A stretch of 64,000 nt of DNA from Lama glama (taxonomy: Eukaryota): the NCBI GenBank assembly GCA_028534125.1, contig CM052817.1:29700001-29764000 (forward strand), written 5' to 3'. Shown piece by piece: positions 1-11,399 of this stretch. A model generated the notes under the pieces. That model had not been told where the DNA came from, did no database searches, and worked only from the letters and a program-made list of their open reading frames with translations. The stretch's first letter is position 1, and the number at the start of each line of letters is the position of its first letter. A program made the translations under genes and the position numbers.

Positions 1-179
1 AATTCTAAGTTTATATTCCACATTAAAACATGGATCTAGAAACAATATAAAATAAGATAGAAATAATATTTTTAGAATTATTTTACTGAATTTTAATTTT
101 GTCTCATATTTTTTGTATTACTTTAATAATGATAGCACAGTATTATTAAAATATTTTTATGTATCTCATATATATACAA

Positions 180-520
180 TGTCGAGTATGTCTCTGGTTA
201 GCTTCTTTGAATAAAAAGAGACCATGTCAAAACATTGTGCTCAGATTGCCTCCCAGGAAAAATGAACAAAATTATATTCTTTCTAAGAGTTATGTTACAA
301 TATTGGCCATGCTACAAATTCACAGTAATTTATTATCATTAAAACCATCACTGTTACATGTTTTGAAGTTTAAAATATATCTCATCATTTAATTTGGCAT
401 TTATTTGATTAATTGTATGATTAAACAGTTTATGTATGTTTATGTGCCCTTCGTAGTGTTCTTCAATGAATGTTGCTTTGTATATTCTACACATTTCTCT
501 ACTTGAAGCGGATTTTTAAA
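180..520 (-). mobile_element. Old L1 (L1ME-like) ORF2 3' fragment
   Basis: TATCTCATCATTTAATTTGGCATTTATTTGATT...TATGTTTATGTGCCC resembles the antisense L1 ORF2 C-terminal region; heavily decayed. Confidence 0.55.
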
Positions 521-1444
521 AGAGATTTTTGAATTCAGATACAAACAGCAATCTTTCTTTTTTAATGTGGGATGGTAAAAAAATTCTAATAAAACACTGT
601 AAAATAAGAAAAAGTAATTTAATGGAATGTAATCTTATATACAATTTTACTCAGACTTTTTCAATATCAAGTAATTAATGACTTTGGAAGTACATTCTAT
701 ACAAAATTTTTAAACAGTTTAAAATTTATCAACCCTAAAGAATAACACTAAGGAAATATCTAAGACATTTCAAATCAAATGCACACTTTCCCTCTTTTTT
801 CATTTTGTTTCATCACAAGTCCTTGCTATGCTTATGATCATTGGAATTTTGCAGCAATTACAGTTTTTAAAAACTGTTTCCACAAAGAAAATGATAATAT
901 GGCAGCCCCACACAAACTACTTTGAAGGTGAAAAATTTATTTTCTTGAATAAGAAATAAGAGAATAAATAAGAAAAAGTCTGTCAGATACACAGTAGGGG
1001 GATGCTTGATTCAAAGCCAGATGAGACAGATTAGCCACGGTGAAGGAAAAACAAACAATTCTCACTTCAATTATGGTCTGGAAGGTGCAGTGAAGAGAAT
1101 AGAGCAAGCACACAGCAAGCAATACAACCTTGCAAGTAAAGCTCCAGTGGTGTAGATGGAATCCTTTCCTCCTCCCAGCACTGACAGGTGGTGGGGACTG
1201 CTGGCTACAGGAGCCAGATGATTGAAGAAGTTTTTGTTTGTTTTAACTTTTAAGCTTTCTATGTTTATGAGTCTTTTGGGTCATAAATAATTTGCTTGTT
1301 TTACTCTTTTCTTTGCAAATTTTTATTCTTTCACTAGATCTAACATAAACATCACTTTTTTTTAGAAAAACAGCTCAAAATTTTTTCATAAAATATTATT
1401 ATTTGTAAAAGCACATATTTAATTATAAAATCTCTTTTAGATTA

Positions 1445-1545
1445 GACAATGCACCTTCTTTCATACTCTGCATCCAGTACCTAGCATAGTGTCTGGCACA
1501 GAATAGTACTTCAGTAATATTTGCCTAATGCGTAAATGAATGATT
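1445..1545 (+). mobile_element. L2 3' end
   Basis: CCTAGCATAGTGTCTGGCACAGAATAGTACTTCAGTAATATTTG...AATGAATGA is the typical L2 tail. Confidence 0.8.
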
Positions 1546-1599
1546 GTATGTCTGCCCATGCAATTTCCCTCTTCCTTTCACCACCTTCCTAGGGTGCAG

Positions 1600-1797
1600 G
1601 TTTCAACTCATAACTTTTCTTCCTGCTCTATTGAAGTACATGTGTATCTTTCTTACAGTGTTGGTTGTACAGGAGTCTTTCTGCCAGTATCCAGTTAGAT
1701 TTCTATAAGAATTTTTCCACATGTAGAGGTATTTTTCATGTGTTCATTGTGGAGATAGTGAGCTCCACGTCCTCTTATTCCACCATTTTGATCTCCT
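1600..1797 (-). mobile_element. L1 extreme 5' terminus fragment (Laurasiatherian type)
   Basis: TTCCACATGTAGAGGTATTTTTCATGTGTTC...GTGAGCTCCACGTCCTCTTATTCCACCATTTTGATC is the reverse complement of the GATCAAGATGGCGGAGTAG-type L1 5' start. Confidence 0.7.
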
Positions 1798-2309
1798 TCC
1801 CAATCAAGTGGTCTTAAATGTCCATTTAGGCAGGGATAATATAGCAAATCTTGATAACTGATTTATATCAAGGAATGAAATAAATTTTCATTCAAATATA
1901 ACATTGTTATGATATAAACGTTAACAATAAAATATTTTTATTTCAAAATTGATGATAGTGGCATATTCTATTTTCACAGTATATGGATAGTCTTTTCATT
2001 AAAAATAACTTTCTTTGCTTTCGCCATGAGTCCAAGTGATTCTAAATTTTTCCTATTGATCATTATGGAGTAGTATATCAGAAATAGATGGATGAAATGC
2101 TGAATCAGAAATATATGGTATACCAGTATTCTGAACTTGTTCCTTATTAACTAAAATGTATCTATCAAAGTCTGAAGTCATCAAGCTAATCTTACATTTA
2201 ATGTTTACTTGAGAAGAATTGAAGTTCAAACATTTTCTCTTGTACCAATTAGACTCTAATTCACCAAATAGTGATTGTCAAAATTGAGTATGTCTGTCAG
2301 TTACTGGTC

Positions 2310-2890
2310 TGGCATTTGGACCTTAAAAGTTGCTACTCTGTTCTAACAAGAAGTGAAAGAATGAGAAAACTGAAAAATCAACATCATTTCTGAGATCTAA
2401 AAGAGAAGTGAGATCAGAGAGCAAAGTGATATCCCCAAAATTGGAGACGCAAATGGTGAATACAAGGAATCACTGCTTACTAGAGCAGGAACCTCTATGG
2501 AAACCAGTGACAGGATAAGAAAACCTTTACTGTAATTGACAAATTGCTGGAAGCTGAATGTGGACAAATCTGAGAATTTAAAAAGTCCACAGTGACGTCA
2601 GTAATGTTGATCTCTCATGCTTCTGTGAGTTTGGCTTTCAGAGGCTCTACCAAATTCTCACAGTAAATATTGGAGGAAATCCCCTCATGTCAGAGCTTAA
2701 TTGACCTGAGGGAAGAGAAATACCAGTTCTAGCAAGTTCTAGCCTTCAAAATGGGAAGGCTATTTTGGAAAGTAAAATACCAAATTCCAGCCCCCTCTAA
2801 CCATCCTGTCCCACTTAAGAGAGGAGACAAAAATTGATTCACACATGAAGTTCTCTGTCCAGAGACATAGCTTTTCTATGACTAGATCTC
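2310..2890 (+). mobile_element. Old L1 5' region (L1MC-type 5' end)
   Basis: AAACTGAAAAATCAAC...GAGAAGTGAG...CCCCAAAATTGGAGA...ACTGTAATTGACAAATTGCTGGAAGCT resembles the recalled L1MC 5' consensus. Confidence 0.65.
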
Positions 2891-2904
2891 ATAGATCTCT
2901 TTAT

Positions 2905-2995
2905 GAGGAGGGCAGGGAGTATATGGGACTCTCTGTACTTCTGCCTAATATTTCTGTGGACATAAAACTGCTCTAAAAATAAACTCTATTAAGAA
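2905..2995 (+). mobile_element. L1MC-type 3' terminus
   Basis: GGGCAGGGAGTATATGGGACTCTCTGTACTT...AAAACTGCTCTAAAAATAAACTCTATT. Confidence 0.7.
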
Positions 2996-3009
2996 AATGA
3001 GTGGGTTTA

Positions 3010-3150
3010 AGATCCTCTTGGGAATCTGTTAATATATACCTATGGATTCTGATTCATTAGACCTCAGTAGGGTCAGAACTTTATGTATTTTAAACAAGTA
3101 CCCTGTTAATTATGATGAAGGATTTCTGGCAAGCACACACTGAGGAAAGT
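3010..3150. mobile_element. MER5-like hAT-Charlie non-autonomous DNA transposon
   Basis: GATTCTGATTCATTAGACCTCAGTAGGG...TATTTTAAACAAGTACCC...CACACTGAGGAA matches the MER5 core pattern. Confidence 0.6.
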
Positions 3151-3689
3151 TGATTTTAAAGCTTTTTAAAAAATATCTGTAACTGAATTTGTTATATCTT
3201 AAATGGTACTTTTCCTAAGATGTAGCAAAGTGTGAAAATTTCAATTAATTATTGGAAAACTTAGGACCAGGAAAGGAAAAGTGTGTCAGTCACATTATAC
3301 TATTTTTTTTACATTACTTTTTTTTTCAGAAAGATGGTCTCTAACATATGTCAAGAAATGGGGCAGTTTTCAGTTGTATAATTAAATATTCTTCATTAAA
3401 GAACATTCAAACTTGTAGTTGTGAATAAAGTATTCATCAGCTACTTCTCTTGTAGGAAATGCAGCTGTTAATTTGGTCTTCCCAGCAAAATCTCTGTCAC
3501 TGAGGTTTTTATGAAGTAAATTCAGTTAGTTTTTCAAACTCTAAAACCCAAACTAAGAATAACTGACTGATATCCCTTGGGTATCATTCCTCTTCAGTTA
3601 CATGGAGCTCTCACTCACAAAGCAAGTGGTCCCTATGCTACTAGTGGAAAGAAAAGGAAGAAGTTTGCACTCTCCATTTAAGAAACTCC

Positions 3690-3912
3690 GGGTGGTGGGA
3701 AGGAATAGACTGGAATTTCAAAGTTGTAGAATAGATAAACAAGATTATACTGTATAGCCCAGGGAAATATACACAAGGTCTTATGGTAGCTCACAGAGAA
3801 AATATGTGACAATGAATATATATATGAAAAATTGTGCTGTACACTGGAATTTGACACAACATTGTAAAATGATTATAAATCAATAAAAATTAAAAAAAAT
3901 TAAGAAAAAACC
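3690..3912 (+). mobile_element. Young 5'-truncated L1 (3' UTR plus A tail), lineage-specific
   Basis: AATAAA and A-rich tail; TSD AGAAACTCC at 3681-3689 and 3913-3921; closely matches the reverse complement of 49960-50180. Confidence 0.9.
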
Positions 3913-4164
3913 AGAAACTCCAGAAACTGAAATATGTTTAGCCTTCCTGGGTCTAATATTACTTAGAATAATAGAATATAGAGGGAAGAGTTACAGAATT
4001 GCATTTCTTAATGATTTGGGGATTTTCAATTATACTTCTTTACCTTAATATAATCAGTTGGGTACAAACATCACTGCTGTATATTTTTCATTATTTAAAG
4101 TCCTGATTTATCATGGCATAATCCTGGGCATTTGACTCGGTTCTAGTATTCATTTTTTAGAAAG

Positions 4165-4400
4165 GCAGCATTGTAATTTGTAGGAAAGATAATATACTTG
4201 AATGAGTTACACTCATGCTAAAATTATAGTTCTAATATTTATTAATTGATGTCCAAGTAATTTCCTTACTGAGCTTTAATTTCATCACCTGAAAAATAGA
4301 AATGATTATAATTACCTGTCAGGATTACTAAGAATAATAGAAGTAAAGTACATAAATGTATAGCCACAGTAAATGTGCATAATATATTAGCTATTATTTT
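4165..4400 (+). mobile_element. MIR SINE
   Basis: Core ACTGAGCTTTAATTTCATCACCTGAAAAATAG and tail ATATTAGCTATTATT. Confidence 0.65.
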
Positions 4401-5489
4401 TATTTACATTAATGTTTGTCATCATCCTAAAACACAATAAGAAAACAAACCCATTTTAAAGTTATTATATCTTTGAAATAGTTATAATTACATTAAAATG
4501 TTAAAGTTGTCACAGAATTTTTTTCTGTGAAACAAGAAGTACATAGTATGGTTTTTGTATTTTCAATATGCATAAGCATTGTGTGACCTTATAACTTTAG
4601 TATCAGCATGAATGTATGGATGTTCTGTGCAATTGTGACTTTTAAAATTATTTAGTTTCCTTTTACTCAGTAGCACAAGGTTATTTGTTTTACTTATGAT
4701 GAGTGATATAAAATACTTACTAGGAGCAAATGTCAAGTTTGACAGCTCCTGGTGTACACTGTGCGTTATATGGTCATAACAGTAATGTGTTTATAGATGT
4801 AAAATGATATAATAACTGTTTGTGAATAACTTAAAAGTGGCTTGTGTTAGTCAACATTCAGATGGATGTCCACATAGGGAAATACTATAATTATTAAACA
4901 TCAATGAATTTAGATTTTTGTTATAATTATGGGGTGAATTTTTATATTATTCTTTAAATGCTGCCATTACCAATTAATTCACAATTTGTGGAGAAAATGA
5001 TGATATTTGTCTTTACATGGGTCAAGAGGTATAACTCCATTAGCACAAATAAAAAAAATAAGTGAGATGAAAACTTTGGTTATAAAGGAACTGGCGTATA
5101 TGGCAGCACGTGCATTGTAGACAAAATAATATTACCAGCTGTTGAATAATAACAACCTTTTTCCACAAAAGGTACATTTCAGGGAGGCTTTTATTAAAAA
5201 ATAACGTTTAAATTTACTCTGTGCTTAAAAACCTCAGACATTGCTATTCTCATGCTTTAGCTCTTGCATAATATTTTTTAAAGTTGAAGTTTAGCATACA
5301 CAACTTAAAAGATTCTAAAATGGTCATCATTCAGTTATTTTGTCCTGTATTTAATTAGCTAATAATTTATATTTAGGTACTGTATATTCTATACCTTTAT
5401 TTTATACCATTTTTGACAGTGTGAAAAAAATTCAAGTGCTCAGTGAAAATAAATGTAACATATATGGCAACAAAGAGGTGCACTGCTTG

Positions 5490-5850
5490 CTTGCTTCTCA
5501 CATCAGGAAAAACCTGCCATTAAGGCGTAAACAGTGCAATTATCTGACAGTCTCCATCTGTTAGTGCCTTTAGGACTTTTCCTTTCACTACTTTCAAGCT
5601 GAGGTTATACTGTCTCCAGAAAGCCCCACCCAGTCAGTGACGGAGCTTGGTGAGAGTCGTAGGGCCTGGCCATTTCTGCCCCACACATGGGTGATCTGCT
5701 CCAGGCCTCCTTGCCAGCTTTTCTGGGACTGTGTCAGAACTGCACCATGGACTGAGCCTTTCTCTGCCCAGTCCTGCTTTCTCCCTTATGTCTTTTCACA
5801 GGCGTCAGGCTCCCACGGCAATCTTAATGCTTTCATTCACTATTCATCCT
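5490..5850 (+). mobile_element. ERVL LTR (LTR16-like)
   Basis: GC-richer island with GGCCATTTCTGCCCCAC...CTCTGCCCAGTCCTGCTTTCTCCCTT...TTTCACAGG typical of LTR16. Confidence 0.6.
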
Positions 5851-6122
5851 TTCCCTACTCTGTTTTATCTTTTAGAAGTAATAAGCCTTAATCTCAAAAT
5901 AAAGTCTACACTCCTAACTTCTCGATGTCAGTCATGAAGCAACTTATGTTTATAAAGTGCATCTTATAAAATTAATTTTTATTCTTTAATACATTTAGCA
6001 AGCTATATTCACATGTTCTGAAGAGATCATAAGATTAGAGAAAATGTCCCAATAAATCGATAGGAAAATTCTTACCCTTTTTTTAGTTGCTGTTCTCTTA
6101 GTACGTAAACATAGAAAGTGAT

Positions 6123-6428
6123 TGTCTTAGTTCAGTTGGACTGCTATAACAAACTAACATAAACTAGTTGCTTATAAACAATAAAAAATTTATTTCTCAC
6201 AGCCAAGATCAAGGTGCCAGTAGAATCAGTGTCTGGCAAGTGATTCACAGACAGCTATTTTTTCACTGTCCTCACCTGGTGGGCCGAAGGGACAAGGAAG
6301 CTCTCTCTGGAGCTCCTTTTGTAAAAGTACTAATCTCATTCATGAGGGCTCTGCCCGATATCATCCCATTAGAGATTAGGTTTCAACATATGAGCCTGGG
6401 GAGAGAGACACAAACATTGTTTACAGCA
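6123..6428 (-). mobile_element. MaLR solo LTR (MLT1A-like)
   Basis: TG...CA ends; TGTCTTAGTTCAGTTGGACTGCTATAAC...ATTTATTTCTCACAG...CTAATCTCATTCATGAGGGCTCTGCCC...TTTCAACATATGA. Confidence 0.85.
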
Positions 6429-8054
6429 GTACTGTCGCATACTAAATAAAAATTCAAATTCTGAGTAATGTTCATGTAAAAAAAAACCCATAAAGGTGAT
6501 TAGCATAGCATGGGAGTTTATTTCCATTGGCTTTGTTATATGCAGTTGGCTTCATGTTGCTTTTTAAAAAGCTGCTTGGCAAGATTTTCTTTAAACAAAA
6601 GTGAAGTTTGAGTCACAATTACGTTAATAGACTAACAGCATTGCTTTTTGTATATGATACTAATATATTAAATATATCTTTAAAATAAATCTGCTTTCGC
6701 ATTTAGCATTACATATTGCAAATGCTCTAGCTATCACATGTATTGTCTTCCTCATGTAGCCATCAGTTAAACATACAAGATTTTGTTAATATTGAATTGA
6801 GATATTTTATTTTTTATTTAGATGAGATATATGCAAATTAATTATAATAATGCTTATGTATGAATTCAATTTTATAACATGATAGTACATAAAACATTCT
6901 TAAATCATTTATCTCATAATGTGTTATACAAGAAATAAATTGGTATGATCAGTGTCTGAAGAAATTCAATGACTTAATTTATCCAATATGTAATATGTTT
7001 CTCAAAAGATCATTAGAAAAGAAGAAAAATAATCTGAACAATTATCTACACGACTGTATGATTCAGTGTTAGTATTGCACAATATGTATTTGAAAATTGG
7101 TAGTCAAACACATAATTGAAAATATTAAAGTAAAACATTCCATTCAAGTAAATTCTGTCTTCAGGATCCAAAAAATTTCACCAACATGATTCATATTCCA
7201 AGAACAGTATTCCTATATGTAAGCTTACAATCAAAATTTAAGTAGTTACTCTGATGATTATGCACAATTTGATGGTAGACATCAGGGACTTAAGGTTCAT
7301 GATTAAGGTATTGTTCAAACACTAGACATTTTATAAAAATTTAAACTATACAACATACTTATTTTACTTAACTTTTGGCTTGGTATTTAATATATGTAAC
7401 CATGATATCTCTTTAGTTTTTAAATAAAAACAATTACTCCATACACAATTAAACACCATACTTGATAACTCTGTCCTTAGTTATTCAGTTGCATAGTTCC
7501 TACGTAAAATTTTGTATTATGTTTTGGAATTTATGACCCCTTTTTAAACTGCATTGGAGAATTGGCCTGGCTAGGACCCAATGAACAGTTTTATAAATAT
7601 TCAAAGTATTTTCTGATATGACACTTTTTAACATAGTGAACTAAATGTTGTTGTTTACCTAAAATATTGTCTTCTCATGTATAATTATGTTTATCTAATA
7701 TAGTAGAGTGGATAACTTCTTTATGTGATCTTCATTCTCTTATTCCAAAGAAATTTAACCTGTAATATAGTTGAATTATGGCTTTCTGCTTCTTATTGGT
7801 AGTTTAGTCAAATCAGACAGCATTTACAGAAAGATCAAGGTAGTTCCATTCTAAGAAGGTAATATACAGTTAATCATCATCTGGATTTATCATGATCATA
7901 TTTTAAGCAAAATTTCAGTTGTTGCTTTCTATTTATACAACTTTCTAGGAGAATATTAGCACAGTTCATGATTTCCAATCTTGTCTCCTTAAGATCACAA
8001 GGAATCATGAATGTGTTGATAACCTGATTTCTAATAGTAAGAAAAATAAGAAAA

Positions 8055-8270
8055 GGAACTTGCATTTACTAAATACTTATTACGTGCCAGGCACTGTGCT
8101 AAACTCTCTGCATGTATTATAATCCTCACTAGAACCCTGATAAGTAGTTATTATGGTTTGTTTGTTTTATATATGAAGAATAAAGAAACTTACAAATTAT
8201 GTGATAGATATCATAGTTTTGTAAAAACAAAAGAGAAATTTAAGCTTTACTTATCTGGTTCTAAAAATAT
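8055..8270 (-). mobile_element. MIR SINE
   Basis: CATTTACTAAATACTTATTACGTGCCAGGCACTGTGCTAAAC...AATCCTCAC. Confidence 0.75.
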
Positions 8271-9134
8271 GTTTATTATAAGAAAAATATGGGATCATAA
8301 CTCACTTAACAGAATTAATAGTCTATTTCTTTAGAATAACCTAAGTTGTTCAGTGTCTAGAAAGATATGAGATAAGTGCTTCAGTCTAAAGAGTCATTTT
8401 TATCTATATAACACAAAGAATGAAGTAAAATGGCTGATGTATGTTTAAAACAATCTTACAAGCTGATTACAATTTTTAAGATTGTCATACATCTCAGAGT
8501 AGTCCTTCAGATAATTACAAAATAACATATTTTAGCATTAACCTCAAAACTACACAGAATGAATTGATTTATTATGGTTTATCTTTAGAAATGCACAGAT
8601 TTTGAATTACATAAAATAGCTAAGATGGTTGATGAATATAGTATTTATTTTAAAGAATTAATTTAAAATATATTTTCCCTTTTATGTTGTTAATAATATT
8701 AAACTATTTTTTGTTAAAGTTCAGAAGTTTAATAAGTCACTGCCTGCTGATATATTATAAAGGAAAATTCTTAATTTTGTCATTATAAGTTTTTTCCAAG
8801 TAAGAGCTTCCTAGAATTGTAAAAGATTGCATATAATAAATTTCCTTATACAGGCTAGAAAATTTCATGTAATAGAATTTGCTTTATATAGCTTACATTT
8901 CACAAGTCCATTTTGAAATAAGATGGATGCTTCCCCTACTCAGATAGATTAGAGACAGACATAATTAGACACTTTTCTGTTATGTACTCTGAGATTTACT
9001 TAGAAACATTAAAATTATAACTTCTCATATTTCTTTTCAACCTCTAACCTCATCTCTAAACAATATTATTGTTATGTGTTGGGAGAGTTAATTGTCAGTT
9101 GGTTATACAATGCTCCATAAAGCTTCTCAAGAAG

Positions 9135-10135
9135 AGACCTAGCACACAGATTTTGTGTCTTTATCATTCTTCAATAAAAGGACTGAACTCTGTGGCAGAC
9201 TGGCTGGTTCTAGGGTTGGGCAGGAAATGCACAAGATTAGCCTGAAGTTTCTTAGTGTGCCAGAAAGTCAGGAAGTGTTCAGAAGACAAACAAACAAGAG
9301 TAAACTCAAAATGATGAGGATGCCAAAGGGACACAAAAATTGGCTGGAAGAGCCCCCAAAGGCCAAAGTTGAACATTCTGAGCAAAGAAATCAATAAAGT
9401 AGTATTAGGTTATGACACAAAGTACAAAATAATAATACATGAGTTCCTAGTGATAGAAATGACTGAATAAAGAAATAAAGATGGGAGAAAAGACATATTT
9501 CAGGCAGAAGAATTTCAAATAATTTATATATTTTGCTCATAGAGAGCTGGAGCATGACTCCTCACACATTGTGTGGTTCCCATAGTGGCCTTTTCCAAAG
9601 ACTGGAGAAATCTAACAAAGACTGCCTTAGCCCAGGGCTCAAGGTTAACATCCATTGTGGTAAGTCCTATTAATAGTGTGCATACTTGATGTGCTGTGAT
9701 GAAAATGATACTTTATCTCTATTGTTTTCCTTCCGAAAACATATAACCACTGGCTAATCATTAAAAATAAATCTAAAAAAATCCCAACTGAGGAACATTC
9801 TATAAAATACCTGACCAATATACCTCAAAAGTGTCAAGGTCAAAACAATAGAAGTCTAAGAAACTGGCACAAAGAATACATGAGGAGCAAATATGTGAGA
9901 TCCTAGAACAAGAAAAAGTCCACTAGGTGCAAACTAAGGATTTCTTAATAAAGTACTGACTTTAAAAAAATAATGACTCAGTACTGGTTTATTAGTTATA
10001 ACAAATGTACTATACTAATGTAAGTTGTATCAGGGCAAACGAAGTATGTGGTATGTGAGAGCTCTCGATACCATATTTGCCATTTTTCTGTTAATCTGTA
10101 ACTGTTCTTAAATGGTTTATTTAAAAATAAAATTA
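9135..10135 (+). mobile_element. Old L1 3' UTR (L1MD/L1MC-type)
   Basis: GGCTGGTTCTAGGGTTGGGCAGGAAAT; ACCTGACCAATATACCTCAAAAGTGTCAAGGTCA; AACAAATGTACTATACTAATGTAAG; ends A-rich. Confidence 0.8.
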
Positions 10136-10234
10136 AAAGGGAACATATTATTTGGCAACCAAGAGATAGAGAAAGAGAGAGAGATAAAAGAGAGATAAGA
10201 ACAGGTGGTAATGTTTGCATATTTCTGTATGAAG

Positions 10235-10730
10235 ATCATCAATTTATTCAGTGGGCATTTACTGAATTTATGCCATGTATCTGACATTGGCACAAGCAAC
10301 AGGGATAAAGAAATGAATGACTTAATTTACTTAATTCAGAAACAAGGAAAATCACATCTGTTTCTTCAGTTTTCATCCACACTGGCATTCTCTGAGTCAC
10401 TTTAAAATACCTAAGTGTTTACTGCTTTAAGAGCCTTTTTTTTTCCTGGAGAAGTCTTTGTCTTACTTTGCATGATGGATTATTCTTCCGATTTCAAGTT
10501 AAATGTCACTTTAACAATGAGACTGTCTAACTTCATATCTATAGATGCCCCCTCCTACTTGCTATCATTTAAATGTGTTCTTTACCTTCATGGCATTTGT
10601 CATGTTATACATTTGTTAAATAGCTATTTTGAGACCTATCAGGCTCCATATATGTGGTGAACCATGTCCACTTTGTTAATGACACTTTTGGTAGATTTTT
10701 AATAAAAATCAGTTGAATTCACACATGAAT
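10235..10730. mobile_element. L2 fragments (short minus-strand tail, then a plus-strand 3' region)
   Basis: TTTATTCAGTGGGCATTTACTGAA at 10245; TCAAGTTAAATGTCACTT at ~10495; tail-like AATAAAAATCAGTTGAAT at ~10705. Confidence 0.45.
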
Positions 10731-10969
10731 TAGTGACTCCAGTAAACAAGAGAGGCCAACTGTTTGCTATGCTGTCTATTTTTCTAAAACTAAAAGGGGT
10801 GACTAAATTGGACAGCATAATTAATGCTCCTAATTATATGTTTTCCTAGTTTTGAGTCATTATCAGTTATTGGATCGTGCATATCTAGATGTGCTCACAG
10901 TCCTGTGTTATGGTTTATGAAATGTGTAGTCTTGCAAGAATAGATCTATACAAAAAAATTATAGAGGGA

Positions 10970-11185
10970 AAAATACTAACACTTTTGAGCACTTTCAGTG
11001 TGTTTACATTTTATAATAAATTATATTATTAGAATACTCTACAAATGTGTGAGGTAAGACCAATGTTGTTACCTTCACAAATGAGGATACTTAGAGGTAT
11101 TAAACAAGGTGCCCCCCACAGCAGTTATTAATTGGCAAAAGTAAGGCTTGGACTCAGGCATGTCTCACTTGAAACTCTATACAAT
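10970..11185 (-). mobile_element. MIR SINE
   Basis: CTAACACTTTTGAGCACTT...TGTGAGGTAAG...TTCACAAATGAGGATACTTAGAGG. Confidence 0.7.
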
Positions 11186-11399
11186 GTGCAACACATCTCA
11201 ACTCTCTCTTACTCAGAAATCTGGCTAATTACAACAATATATAAACTTTCTGGTCAACATTATGCCTTAAAAAAATTCCCTCTGCTTCAAAAATACAGGC
11301 ATGATGGATAAAAGAGAGAGAAAGAGAAAGATCCATAAGATGTTCAGTCATAGGAATGACCTATGTCTTTTTTTTTTCCCTCCTGGTCTCTGATTTACA

